A DNA stretch of 64,000 nt from Mayamaea pseudoterrestris (lineage: Eukaryota), in contig BROI01000032.1 in the NCBI GenBank assembly GCA_027923505.1, forward strand, positions 124,001 to 188,000, in the 5' to 3' direction. A program made the translations under genes and the position numbers. The number at the start of each line of letters is the position of its first letter. Position 1 is the stretch's first letter. This document shows, piece by piece, positions 30,874 to 42,020 of the stretch. Under the pieces are notes generated by a model. It was not told the origin of the DNA. It did no database searches and saw only the letters and a list, made by a program, of their open reading frames with translations.

Positions 30874-33492
30874 TCACAAAGTGCGCGGTTTCTTGATGCT
30901 TCGTCCAAAGCGAGTTTTGTTTGCATTTTGTCGTTTGGGTGTGGCAAAAATTGTTCGGACTTTGCGCCCAGATCGGGTGGTTGTTAAAAGATGTGCCTTT
31001 CGCATGAGAGGAACAGCATCCAAGGATGGCTTGTTAGATGCCGGGGCACTTTTTGGCGTGGCATTGCTTCCAGTTGATCGGCGACTGGGTGTCAGCTTTG
31101 TGGAAGCACTTTCCGTGCCGTCTTCCTTCGCAATCCAACGTTTCCAAACCGATGACGTTGAAGGTCTGGTTTTTCGCATAGCAGCAGTGAGACTCTGGAC
31201 GCGCTTCTTGACTTGTGAAATCGACCAGTGAGTGTTGGTGCTGTGTACAGGAAGGACTTTGCTTTGCAGATATTCATAATCGCGACCGTAGCTTCCCATT
31301 CCCCGCATGATCTGTTCGTTTTCAGAAGCTATCGTATCAGACTCCAAAAGGTATGTGGGCTGCATCATATCATCGTCAGTCTCGTTAATAATTAGAGTGC
31401 TTCGCTGGCTGCGTCGCGACACTTTCGCTCCGTCGCCAACAGCCGCAGCATCCCAATCGGGTACAAATGTGACTGTGGCTGCTCCGCGACGCCGATGCGG
31501 CCGATGGCCTGCTGTTCGACTTGACGACACTGTTTGACTGTCCCTCCGAGGTGGCCTAGCTGTATCACTTTCCATGCCATTCGATCTTGGCACCAAGGGA
31601 AAGGTGCGTTCATATAAATCGTCATCGCGAAACTCCAAGTTGTCATTCGCTTCCGGAAAGAGGGCGCAATCCAGGCGATAGGCCTCTCGTATTCCTGATA
31701 AGAAAGCTCCATGGATTGTGCTCGGGTGGTATGGCGTTGTATGCTCACCTGCAAACATGAGTACAGGTACAGAACCCGTATGATCCATAATCGGATCACT
31801 CATCGCTCGATATTCCATCGGCCCATCGATTCCAGGCGGAACATACGAGAAACTCATTAGCGAGTATTGCTCCTTCCCCCATCGAGTGACTCTGTAGTCA
31901 ACCACAGGAGCGACATTGTTGCCGCACATTGTTTTGAGCCGATGCAAGCAATCATCGACAATCTCTTTATCTGTCCATTCTTGTATGTCTCTCGCAAAGT
32001 CTCCCCCGTACATGAATATCAGTATCGGCTGTCCCGTATATTTGTGTCCGTTCAATACAAGATAAGCTCGATCGTTCGCGGCCAAGCCCAAAAAGTCTGA
32101 ATCTTGCCAAAACACACGAGAAAAGCTCAAAATGCACTTGTTGAGCAAGCCATTCCCTAGACGCTGTATGGCATGCTGCTTTGCCAGAGGCAGTGGAGGA
32201 TCAAAAGTAATTGACGAAGATTTCAAAATGCCCAAGGGCAGCGTGCAAACGACAGCATGCGCCTCCAGCACCGTCCCATTCTCCAACGTGACGCGCACCA
32301 TTGTTTCCTTGACACCCTTTTCTTTTTTGGAGTTTCCGCTACCACGTTGAGGTGGTTCAGTGGCCGCATTAATTGTATATCGGTCGACTGCAAGTTTGGA
32401 TCGCGTTGACCGACGCGCTCCTGCGGCAACGCCACGGATGCGGTGGGATAAGCGAGATGGTTGTGTAGTAATCGAGGATTTTATATTGGAGCGCTGGAGA
32501 GTATTTCTATGCAAATTTTGGTGCGCTTGTCGAGCCCCGTTTGAAGTTGTTCGTAAAGGAGTAGCATTGTTGGATGTTGGAGCTATCTCCGTCGTTTCTA
32601 ATGGCGGATGCACCACATGAATGTGTTTGACGGGCGCATCGTAAAGTATGTCCAGCGGTTCCGCAAGCGAGTCCATGACAGCCTTCCATGATTTCTGAAC
32701 GGCGACATGGTCCCCATCAAAGCCATACTGCTCATCATCATTCCATTTATAGCCAAGTCGGTCGAAGCTCGCACCGCATGAAACCTCCAAGTTGGCTTGA
32801 TGCCATTGCAGCAAGGTCGACGGAGAAACGTTCTTTTCATCGCAAACTGCGCGAAACATTTTTCCAAATGATAATCTATGACTTTCGTTGTCACCTTGTT
32901 CAGTTATTCTAGCAAACGCAATGTCCAAACATTCATTAAAGAGAGCTGAAACCCTGTCGTCTTCGCGAGGATCAACGGGCCATCCGCTGCTATTCAAAAG
33001 AAGGCAGTCGCTGACAGGTTGCACTGCAATGCCCATTTCTTCCAACAGCAACGCCACTGGATTTTCCAAGGTTCCATGAATCAACGCACCTCCCAAATCA
33101 ACATCGGTATGCGCATGCAAGTCTCCTTCGCTGCTTGCGTGTTGCGGCTTGATCCGAATGCTGCTTCCGTTCAATCGTCCGCCAACGCGCTGACGAGCCT
33201 CCACCACAAGTACCTTGTAGTTGCGATGCTGCAGCTCGCGAGCGCAGGCGAGACCCGACATGCCAGCACCAATGACAATGACAGATGTTCGAGTATGATG
33301 ATGATTGTTGTTACTACTTGAAGGGTGGGACGAAACTGTTGATGCAATTACCGACGCTGCAGCTGATGGCTGCACCTCCTGCAAATCGTCCTCCTGTTCG
33401 ACTTCTGCCTCGACGGCGTTGGAAGCGAATGATGCATTCATGCCATCCAATTCATGTAAATCTGAGATGGATAGAGACTCTGGAAGTATCAT
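30874..33492 (-). CDS. Flavin amine oxidase, LSD1/KDM1-like (no SWIRM domain seen)
   Basis: Motifs VIVIGAGMSGLACA, EARQRVGGR, DLGGALIHG, LNKCIL (catalytic Lys position), FAGEHT and TIHGAFLSGIREA. Basic disordered regions. Confidence 0.85.
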   Translation of the reverse strand: MILPESLSISDLHELDGMNASFASNAVEAEVEQEDDLQEVQPSAAASVIASTVSSHPSSSNNNHHHTRTSVIVIGAGMSGLACARELQHRNYKVLVVEARQRVGGRLNGSSIRIKPQHASSEGDLHAHTDVDLGGALIHGTLENPVALLLEEMGIAVQPVSDCLLLNSSGWPVDPREDDRVSALFNECLDIAFARITEQGDNESHRLSFGKMFRAVCDEKNVSPSTLLQWHQANLEVSCGASFDRLGYKWNDDEQYGFDGDHVAVQKSWKAVMDSLAEPLDILYDAPVKHIHVVHPPLETTEIAPTSNNATPLRTTSNGARQAHQNLHRNTLQRSNIKSSITTQPSRLSHRIRGVAAGARRSTRSKLAVDRYTINAATEPPQRGSGNSKKEKGVKETMVRVTLENGTVLEAHAVVCTLPLGILKSSSITFDPPLPLAKQHAIQRLGNGLLNKCILSFSRVFWQDSDFLGLAANDRAYLVLNGHKYTGQPILIFMYGGDFARDIQEWTDKEIVDDCLHRLKTMCGNNVAPVVDYRVTRWGKEQYSLMSFSYVPPGIDGPMEYRAMSDPIMDHTGSVPVLMFAGEHTTPYHPSTIHGAFLSGIREAYRLDCALFPEANDNLEFRDDDLYERTFPLVPRSNGMESDTARPPRRDSQTVSSSRTAGHRPHRRRGAATVTFVPDWDAAAVGDGAKVSRRSQRSTLIINETDDDMMQPTYLLESDTIASENEQIMRGMGSYGRDYEYLQSKVLPVHSTNTHWSISQVKKRVQSLTAAMRKTRPSTSSVWKRWIAKEDGTESASTKLTPSRRSTGSNATPKSAPASNKPSLDAVPLMRKAHLLTTTRSGRKVRTIFATPKRQNANKTRFGRSIKKPRTL

Positions 33493-33834
33493 GCCAAGGA
33501 CAATTGCTATGTTCTGATGATTGCCAATAATTATGAAGGAGCTGATGGATGACTAACAATCACAACTCGTCGCATGGATTGGCACAAACTCGTGACTGCA
33601 GAAACGTTTCAGTCACTAAAACGACGTCGAAGGATGTTGCTATGGATCAAACCATGCCAAAGCTATAGACCTTACCTATTTACACAACATTTGTTTTATG
33701 GAATCTTACCCAATACATTTATGATCAATAGCTTCGCACAATACCAATTGCATCCACCGGTTCAATAGTTCCGCACAACCAAAAATAAAACGCTTTACAG
33801 TTAGACAATTCCATGGAAAACCCCCTTTCTTGGT

Positions 33835-34883
33835 TTACCACCACTTCCACCACCCTTGTTTCTTGTCCTGCACATTCTCGCCTGTCACTACGTCGGCGGG
33901 TGCATCCTTCCCTGCCTCCTCGTCAAGGCCTACGCCAATTTCTTGAATCGGCAAACCTAATCCAGCATTGCTGTCGTGTGGTTCTTCGTCGCCTGCCGCA
34001 TGGGTGGAACTTTCTTCCACATTGTCATTGTCGCGATTTATAGATTTAAATTCTTCGTCTTTCGCCGCAACGTTTTCTGCTGTCGCAACTTTTTCCGTGG
34101 GCGGCATGGCGCTCATTGGCTTGACGCGGACCAGGCAGAATGCCGTCAACAGGCAAAACAGCATTCCCGCAACGGTGAGTCCACCTCCAAAGCTTATTTT
34201 GCAGTGAAAGTCATACTGACAGATATCACTCGCAAATGAAATAAAGACAAGCCCCTGGAATAGCGTTGCTAATACAAAGCAGGCAGCCAACAGACCCAAC
34301 GATGTCTTGTCAATGGTGGCGCAGCTCAATGCCAAGACGGGTGAAACTCCCAGAATCAACGTGATGATCGTAAAGAAGGCGAACGCTCTGCCAGTCTTGT
34401 ACTTTGCATCCATGATATCCTTTTCATAGGCGCTCCATGCCGTGCAGTGTAGCTTTCTATCGGTAAGGTTGCCTTCGATAAAATGCTCCTGCCTCCAGAG
34501 CAGTCCCCACGGGTCGCCATCAACCGTCAAAAAGTTGCATCCGCCAACCCCCGCAATGGAGAAGATGCAGGCGATAATAGCAAGAAACACCGCGCGTGCA
34601 GCTTTCTTGCCCTGTGGGTAGACGCTGCATGAAAAGGAGAATCTGCGAGTCAGTCAGAATGAACAAAACCGAGGCAACATTGAGACTAGCACACTCACCA
34701 GGGCCCTCGGCAATCGCAGCAATCCCTCACATTTTTAACGGGTTGCTCATTGATATTTGGTGCATCCTCGTGAGTGACTTCCTTGTGCGTATCATCGTCA
34801 GCGGGCTCTTGGGTTCCGGTAGGCTCCGTCTCCTGCTCTTGAACCGTTGCGGGAGCGCTCGCAACACTACCCGTGTCAGTCAT
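33835..34883 (-). CDS. Four-TM claudin/tetraspan-like membrane protein, 2 exons
   Basis: Intron 34625-34698 (GTGAGT...TGCAG) joins MTDTGS...RGPC to VYPQGKKAARAVFLAII. GLLW motif and Cys in the first loop; four hydrophobic helices. Confidence 0.75.
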
Positions 34884-35227
34884 GTTGCTTTGTTTTCGTT
34901 GATCACTGTCAAAATCAATTGGTAAGGGAGGCCCATACATTGTGACAGTAGTTGAGCATGGTATCAATCCTTATCAGATCGTCGTTCAATGTCTTCCGAA
35001 GATGATCCGCGCATGGACCGAACGCCGGCGGTTCTCATCCGTGACATCATTGACTGCTACGTTCCGATAAGTCTGGTTCTATAACAATAGTCTGAGCAAG
35101 ACAAGATGATCTATAGACTATGTACTTTACAAAAATTATGGTAGACCCGTCACCCGACATGCAGGCACTAGCAGCAGCGTATGCTGACCAGCCTTGCCAT
35201 GATGGTGTAGCTTGATGTGTCTGTCTA

Positions 35228-35803
35228 CTACTCGACCAACGGGTCGCACAATGCTGCATTCGGATTACGATATAGCTGACACATGTATAGCTTTCCATTC
35301 TCTTCTTGTGCAAGAGCAACGCCGACTTCAATATAGCTTTCCGACAAGAGCCTTGCTCGTTGCTTTGGCTCGGCCAAGACGCTCGCAAAGAGCTCCGACA
35401 CGGAACGACCGGCGCAAATGTTTTCTCCCGCGACGGAGCTCTTTAGTAGCTGCTCCAGCTCATGTATCGATTGAAACCATGGTTTGACTTGTCCGCTCTC
35501 GGCCATGGCGTCTGCTTCCATGCGAGCAAACGTTTCCAGTGACTTGCAAATTGTGAGAGCGCTTCGACCGCGGCGGACTCGCTCGTCGTTGATCATAAAC
35601 GTTAATTCTGATGCTAGCGCCTGGAGTTCAAGTGCATTGAGTTGCTTTATATGACATTCGTTGGTTGGGGATACTGGAATAGAGCTTGCTGCGTCTGCAT
35701 GGGAAGCGTCTGCGTCCACCACAGTCATTAGAGGTTCGTTGTTTGATTCGGCGGATGGATTCATTGGTCGGCATCTAGAGACCGGAGTGGTTAGAATCAT
35801 CAT
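35228..35803 (-). CDS. CAP/SCP (YkwD-like) domain protein
   Basis: Motifs INDER...G..AL...L...A....A.AMA, AGENI..G and LL...Y.EVGV...G.LYMCQLY. Confidence 0.8.
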   Translation of the reverse strand: MMILTTPVSRCRPMNPSAESNNEPLMTVVDADASHADAASSIPVSPTNECHIKQLNALELQALASELTFMINDERVRRGRSALTICKSLETFARMEADAMAESGQVKPWFQSIHELEQLLKSSVAGENICAGRSVSELFASVLAEPKQRARLLSESYIEVGVALAQEENGKLYMCQLYRNPNAALCDPLVE

Positions 35804-36144
35804 TGCTTGCTAGCGTGTCTATAGGCTTGTTTGTTCTGTCGGATGCGGGTCCGGGACGCTTATTGACCAAATCTGTAATCGAAAATACGAAAGTCAACTT
35901 TCTTTGTGGGCAGATCGCAGCGTTTTGACATGGTCGTCGGCGAGCTCTTGCTCGACTCCGTCCAGTGTCTCTGCGATACTCCGACTAATGAAGAATCTGA
36001 TTGGCTCCTTACTCCAAAATCCACGTCAGCGTTCGTCGGAGGCGCGCGCGTTCCGTTTCCAATGTGTGACTGCGTGATGGCCATGGAGATTCGTGGATGA
36101 TCCATCGGGACCTGTGCAATAATCAGATTCCTTTCACGCATGCA

Positions 36145-36998
36145 ATGTTCTTGAGAATTCTGATATTGTGGTCTCTCCTCGGGTTTTTGGCATGCACGCA
36201 GGCATTATTTGTTCCCGGCAGGTCGTCGTCGAAGTATGGGCACCGGCAGGTTGTTCGTCGCCATGGCGATGATCGAGCAGCAGCTGGTAGACGGCTTTTA
36301 TACAATGGCTCGCTAAGCAAACTATATGCGTTCTCATGGTTCAACGAAATTGTCGCGAATTTGAGCACAGCAGAGCCTGTCTCATTAGAACGCACCGTAC
36401 TCAAACAGGAGCTGATTGATCTTTGTCGGCGCGAAAAAGTGTCGAGAAGTGACGTCGAGGCTGCTATTCAAAAGCTAGCAGTAGTCTCTCCTACTAAAGA
36501 CCCAGCAAGCAATGACTTGATACAGAAGGAATGGAAGTTGTGAGTGATAGTTGTCCATAGAACAGGCGGCGTCAAAATGTCGTATGGATGCCTATGGCAT
36601 GCAGTGTACAGTACTCACATTCCAATGTTTTGACTCAACGATAAACTAATCACAACAGACTTTGGACGACGGAGAAGGAGATCAACGTTTTCTATGACTG
36701 GAATGTTGCAGCTGACGTTACCCAAACTATTTTAGATTCTTCTTTGGTGAATGCCATTGAATTCAAGAATGGAGGGAGCTTGATTGTGAGGGGCTCTCGG
36801 TCGGCTAGCGAATTCAATCCATTGCGCTCCGACTTTGCATTTACTGCAGCGACGCTTGATTTTGGCGTCAAGTTTCTTCCTGTGTTGCAGCTGCCTCCGC
36901 TTGGCAAGGGTTGGTTCGATGCGATTTATCTGGATGATGAGCTACGTGTTGACACAAACAGTCGCAACGATATCGTCATTTTGACGGCAGACAAATAA
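36145..36998 (+). CDS. Plastid lipid-associated protein / fibrillin, 2 exons
   Basis: Signal peptide ending QA-LF. Intron 36540-36658 gives EWKLLWTTEKEIN. C-terminal GKGWFDAIYLDDELRV. Confidence 0.85.
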
Positions 36999-37282
36999 GC
37001 TTCTACGCCGCTGCGAATGCAATGGATAGAAAGATCAGAATCTTTTTGTGCGCATTAACTGAGATGCGAACGAGTGCGCTGGACGTCTCGGTTGTCATGA
37101 TGATCAACTGTTGACCGTCGATGGGGCGAGCGTTGATTGAGAACCTTCTATTAGGGTCATGCTACAATGCAATTGCTTCAACTTTTCATTTATAAAAGTG
37201 TTGCTTAGTGCCTCTACGCTTTTCGTTGTAGTGCTGGTTTCCAGTGCATGTAGTCGAACATAATAGACATCAAACGATGCGT

Positions 37283-38769
37283 TTACATCTTGCCCGACAG
37301 CGGGTTGTCAAGCCAGTGCTCGCCGGAACCGGCAGCATGCATGTACTTTAACGTCGATATGAGGTTCTGGTGTACCCATGGGTAGTACACGTATCGGACC
37401 CCGTGCTTGGCGCATATTTCTCGCACCTTTGGCGCAATGAAGGGATACCAACCGGAGCTCATGCGTGGAAATAGATGATGTTCCACTTGAAAGTTGAGTC
37501 CACCGGTGAAGCATCCCGAGATAAAACCACCATACGTACAAGATGTTTCAACTTGTGACTTGAACCAGCAGACGGGTTCGTTGGTCTTGCGAGTATCCGC
37601 TGTAGGATCGCGATCGGAATGCTCAAAGTTGTGTGACAAACTAAACAGGACGGCCAATGCCAAACTCTCGGAAACTCCCATGAGCATAATCTGTCCAAAC
37701 GTTTTCCAGCTCAGTCCGGAGTTAACGAAGGGGACAACTATGTTGGTGACAATGTATAGAATGCGCAATGCCGTCGCATATTTGCGTCGGCTCTTGATAA
37801 AGTCATTTTCCATTTGAATGCCAACAAACTCAGCTCCTCGTTGTCGCAAGTCCAAAACTTGTGGGTTAAAGACGGACGAAACCCAGTATCCCGACAAGAC
37901 AATGGCGTAAAAGAATGCCTGGAAGCGATGAAACCACTTGCGCGCTGGGTGACCGATGGGGTAGTCGTTGAAGAGTAGCATGGGCTCGGCTCCAAACGAA
38001 TCGGGATCCTTGGTCGCATGGTTTGTGTAGGAATGATGCGTCCAGTGCTGCTCCATCCAGAGCCATTTGCTGCCACCAATAAAGTCGGCGCCTAAACCAA
38101 ACATGTCGTTCACCCATGGCTTTTTGGAGCAAGCGCCATGGTTGGCATCGTGCTGTACGTTCATGCCGATCAATGCCTGCGAGACGCCGTAGATGATAGC
38201 CAACGTCCAAGTCGTCTTTTGCGTCCAAAGATACTGAAGGTAAAAGAAGATTCCAACGTAGGCAAAGGCCCTGAAGAACCAACCGTAAGTTCCAAATTCT
38301 TTGCCTCGTCGTACAATCTTGAAGACTTCCTTCTTCATTTCGCGCTCAAAGGGAGTGTCAAACTTGTACCTGCGACGAGAAAGAGTAGCGAATTTAGACT
38401 GAGCGGAAGCCATAGAGAGCACTACAGAGCACCCTAGTCGTTATAGACTTACTCGGACTGAAAGTCAGTCACTTTGCCAACACGCTTCATCTTCTCCAAA
38501 TGCTTTTCGGTATGATACGCATGAATCATCTTGTACTGAATCGTCACATCGTTTCCGCCAAAGAGCTGAATCGTTTCACCTCCCGGATGGTCAAACTTGC
38601 TAATGTCGTAAACGACTCCATCAATGCAAATCTCCGTCGTTTTCAGCTGGCTCAAGGGAACAATGCGCTCCTCCGAGACGGCTCGCTGCGTCGTGTCATT
38701 TGTGTCAAAGGTTGCAGCTGAGACTTGTTCTGCCTTGCGATGGCGGAGCTTGTCAGCGTCAGGCGGCAT
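37283..38769 (-). CDS. Front-end delta-5 fatty acid desaturase (cytochrome b5 fusion), 2 exons
   Basis: Motifs HPGG, HDANH, QHWTHH and QVEHHLFP. N-terminus MPPDADKLR resembles the Phaeodactylum delta-5 desaturase. Intron 38370-38452 gives FQSEYKFD. Confidence 0.93.
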
Positions 38770-39155
38770 GGTGTTGGTTGTAGTAGTAGTGGTCGTTTAG
38801 TAAGAATGGATAAAGCTAACGTTTCGGATAGACTCGTAGTAGTCGAAAATGGCCAATGGCGGAAAGATTACGTGGCCTCGCAGAAAGACGTGCGAGCGGC
38901 AGGCAGCTTGAACGACCGATGACCGAATCGAGAAACCGCGATGACGACGACTCTTTCGCGTCTGCACGTCATTCAAGTATGTCGTAACGGTACACAAATC
39001 ACTAAAATTGGCGTCCGCACGTCAGTCGAAGATGTCGCACCGATAATGGCAAATTTTCTGCATCACCATGGGTGATCGTCCACCAAATCCAAAAGAATTG
39101 ACTTGCATTATCACTATTTGTACGTGATTCATCCTAGCCACGCCGAGAAAAAATC

Positions 39156-39383
39156 ATGGGAAACAAGACTTCAATACCTGAACCAATTCCCTTCTGCGAA
39201 AATTGCCAGAAAAGTACACAAAAAGACTTGCCGATGGACGACTCCGTTAACAGTAACGCTTGTTTAAACAGCTACAATGCGGTGGAAGAATGCATGAAGA
39301 ATCATCAAGGACAGATTGCACCTTGTTCCAAAGTATGGCAATTGTTCAAGCAGTGTCGCGACGAGCAAATGGATACATTATAG
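39156..39383 (+). CDS. Small twin-Cx9C (CHCH-type) protein
   Basis: C-LNSYNAVEE-C and C-SKVWQLFKQ-C, an extra CxxC, and an MGNKTS N-terminus. Confidence 0.7.
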   Translation: MGNKTSIPEPIPFCENCQKSTQKDLPMDDSVNSNACLNSYNAVEECMKNHQGQIAPCSKVWQLFKQCRDEQMDTL

Positions 39384-39692
39384 TTTACAGCATCCACCAT
39401 GCATGCCGTTAGCTACCGGTACATGGGGTACATGCACAGATCTTGTTCGATTGATAAAGACACCGCATGCTGGAAATACCGTAACATATACACGAAATGG
39501 CATGGTCAAGATTCAGACGCAAAGGCAAAGGCAATATTGGGCTGCCGACGACGAATACACCTCGAACGGTGCCAAAGGATTGTTCACGAGGGTCACGACA
39601 ACGTGCTTCTGGAACATTTGGTATAATCTAGTAATTGCTGTTCGGTACAACCAGTATAAAGCAGCATTAGTTGATAGTTTACTCAGTAGCTT

Positions 39693-41783
39693 TTATTTCA
39701 ACAGGAAGCTATAGACACTATTCTCCACCTGAACAGCTGATACGCCGACCGAGTGAGCGACAAACTCAATGAGCAACTTCTTCCGCGGGTCTACAGGCGG
39801 TTGAATGTCGTGTACCGTGGAACAACCGTTCAAAGGTACGCCAGCCACCAAACGGCATGGCTGAATGGCTGCAGCGCCCAAACTGTCCGATAGCTCAGAA
39901 TGTTCGCCGTCTGCTGACTTTGCAGCTCTTGAATTATCCTTGAGAAGGAGATTGGCAAGCGCAGGCGAGTAAGTGTCCTCGTCAGCCAACACCATGTTCT
40001 CCATAAATTCAACATAGGAGTCCAGTCTTGAGCCATTTCCAAGCCAGTGGAGCTGCTCTGGATTGCTTGGAATAACGCGATCCTCGGTCACAAGACCTCG
40101 CCCAGGCCTGCTAAAGGTCCATTTGCGCCAGCTTGGGTCCAAGAAACATGCAATAGCAATGAGCGCAGCTGCATCTTCTAATCGAAGTATTTGGTCAGGA
40201 GAAAGCGGTGGTCCACTGACAGTATCCTTGTCGCGTCCTTTCTGGGGCTGCTCTGTATTTTGCTCCTCGTCCTCTTGTTTCAGCGGCATTAATCCCACCA
40301 GAACCAAGCATCGATGTAGCACCGCTTGACTCAAACCCGTGTCAGCAATCATTTGAGCGAGTACATGCGCAAGACTTTTCGCTGTGATCATGCGCAATCT
40401 GTGTTGTTTACGCTCCCGATACATTAAATCAGGTTCCGCCTTTAATTGACAGACTGCCGCCAAAAGCGATGCAACGTGCTCCAGTTTGGTGATAGACAGT
40501 GGCCGCGAGAGTTCAAAAAAGTATTGCATCGGCTTGAGTGCATGCTGCTGCTTTTCAGTAAGCAACCCAAAGGCATTTAGCAATGGCAAACTACCACTTT
40601 TGATCCAATGACAAACTTGACTGCATGTCACGCCTGCTCGATAGACGGACAACCAAAGCAAGCCGGCAGCCAACGTCATGGAAGGCTTGCATGCGGGTTG
40701 TAGTACAATATCTGTAGAAGTCTTTAATTTGCGAGATGTATGAACGAGAACGACGTGCTTCACTTTATTTTCGCTTGGCCGTGGTCGTCGGTGTCGTCGT
40801 TTCAAGGGTAGGTCGGTTGGATCATCGGCATCTTCTTCGTCGTCATCGTCATCATCATTGTCGGATTCATCCGACGAGGCTCCAATGGCAGAGTCACTGT
40901 CGCTGTCATCGCTTGCATCATCCTTCGCGTAGCTGGTGTCTACTAGCGACGCCTGCGACGAGGGAGCTGCATCGGGTCGTGCCCTCTTTCCAGATGCGGA
41001 TTTAGTTAAAGATTCGTTGCTTCTCGAACGACCATTGCTATCATTCGCATTATCAAAATCAGTTTCGTCCGGGACTTCCACCTTTAGTGCCGCTGCCTGC
41101 TCCTTCATTTCAGTCCGAACCTTTTTCAGGGCGTGATACGACAAGGTCTTGTGAATCATGGCTTGATGCGACGGATGGCAGAGGAAGGAATCGCGCAAGG
41201 AAAAGCGAACGTGCGGAAACAATGCCGCGTATTGCTCCGCTCCCGCTTGCCATGCGAGCAAGTAGTCTTGCCACAGTGTTCGAAGCAGTTTGTGAGCAAG
41301 CTTTCGTTTCCGAGCATCCTCCTTCCAATGCAAAAGTTCAAGGAGTCGTTCCATGCTGTGAAACAGCACAGTCTGAAACGCAGTAATGCACGCTTCCAAG
41401 TCGGGAAGCGGCACTGACTGATCCAGACTCTCCAGCATTTCCTGGCGTTGCCGCTTCGCCTCCTCCGACTCGACGTTATGAACATTACCACTCGATTTCA
41501 TTTTCGGCCGCTTGAGCAATCGAATGCTACCATGCGTCTTGGCAGCCAGACCCACAACCTCCTCGTAATCCATAGCCTGCGACTGCGATGGCTGCGACTC
41601 TATGTGACAGTTTGTGCAGACTTGGCGATCGGTTGTGTCGTCCACGTAAAAGTCGGTTCCCTGACAAAATTGGCAAAAGAATGAGCTTGGTTGGGATGCC
41701 GATACAAAGTCTCCCTGCGATGAGTTGAAAATGGATTGCGAAAGAGGCTCTTCATCGTCATCGTCCTGCCAAAAGAATGACAT
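39693..41783 (-). CDS. RNA polymerase I initiation factor TAF1B/Rrn7-like
   Basis: N-terminal zinc ribbon CQFCQG..FY...VCTNCH. LLRTLWQDYL and VTCSQVCHWIKSGSLPLLNA resemble Rrn7/TAF1B cyclin-fold motifs. Confidence 0.65.
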   Translation of the reverse strand: MSFFWQDDDDEEPLSQSIFNSSQGDFVSASQPSSFFCQFCQGTDFYVDDTTDRQVCTNCHIESQPSQSQAMDYEEVVGLAAKTHGSIRLLKRPKMKSSGNVHNVESEEAKRQRQEMLESLDQSVPLPDLEACITAFQTVLFHSMERLLELLHWKEDARKRKLAHKLLRTLWQDYLLAWQAGAEQYAALFPHVRFSLRDSFLCHPSHQAMIHKTLSYHALKKVRTEMKEQAAALKVEVPDETDFDNANDSNGRSRSNESLTKSASGKRARPDAAPSSQASLVDTSYAKDDASDDSDSDSAIGASSDESDNDDDDDDEEDADDPTDLPLKRRHRRPRPSENKVKHVVLVHTSRKLKTSTDIVLQPACKPSMTLAAGLLWLSVYRAGVTCSQVCHWIKSGSLPLLNAFGLLTEKQQHALKPMQYFFELSRPLSITKLEHVASLLAAVCQLKAEPDLMYRERKQHRLRMITAKSLAHVLAQMIADTGLSQAVLHRCLVLVGLMPLKQEDEEQNTEQPQKGRDKDTVSGPPLSPDQILRLEDAAALIAIACFLDPSWRKWTFSRPGRGLVTEDRVIPSNPEQLHWLGNGSRLDSYVEFMENMVLADEDTYSPALANLLLKDNSRAAKSADGEHSELSDSLGAAAIQPCRLVAGVPLNGCSTVHDIQPPVDPRKKLLIEFVAHSVGVSAVQVENSVYSFLLK

Positions 41784-42020
41784 AGTGGTATTATATTCCT
41801 CTTCGTAGTTGAGTGAATTGAATAAATGTAGTAGAGAGAGTAGAAGCTTTGTTTCTGCTTTGCAAAGTCCATCGTGATGGTTTCGTGGTCGCGGCTGTGA
41901 TTATCGCAGCGGTACACATTTCTGTCCGACCACGACTCATTTTCTGATCCATCCGTCTTGCAACATCTCGTTCACTTTTTCGATGGCCGATCATCAGCAT
42001 CACCACGCGACAACAACAAC

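Noticed and set aside
39316..39714. Short ORFs between the Cx9C gene and the TAF1B-like gene
   Set aside because: No motifs; they lie in convergent 3' UTR space.
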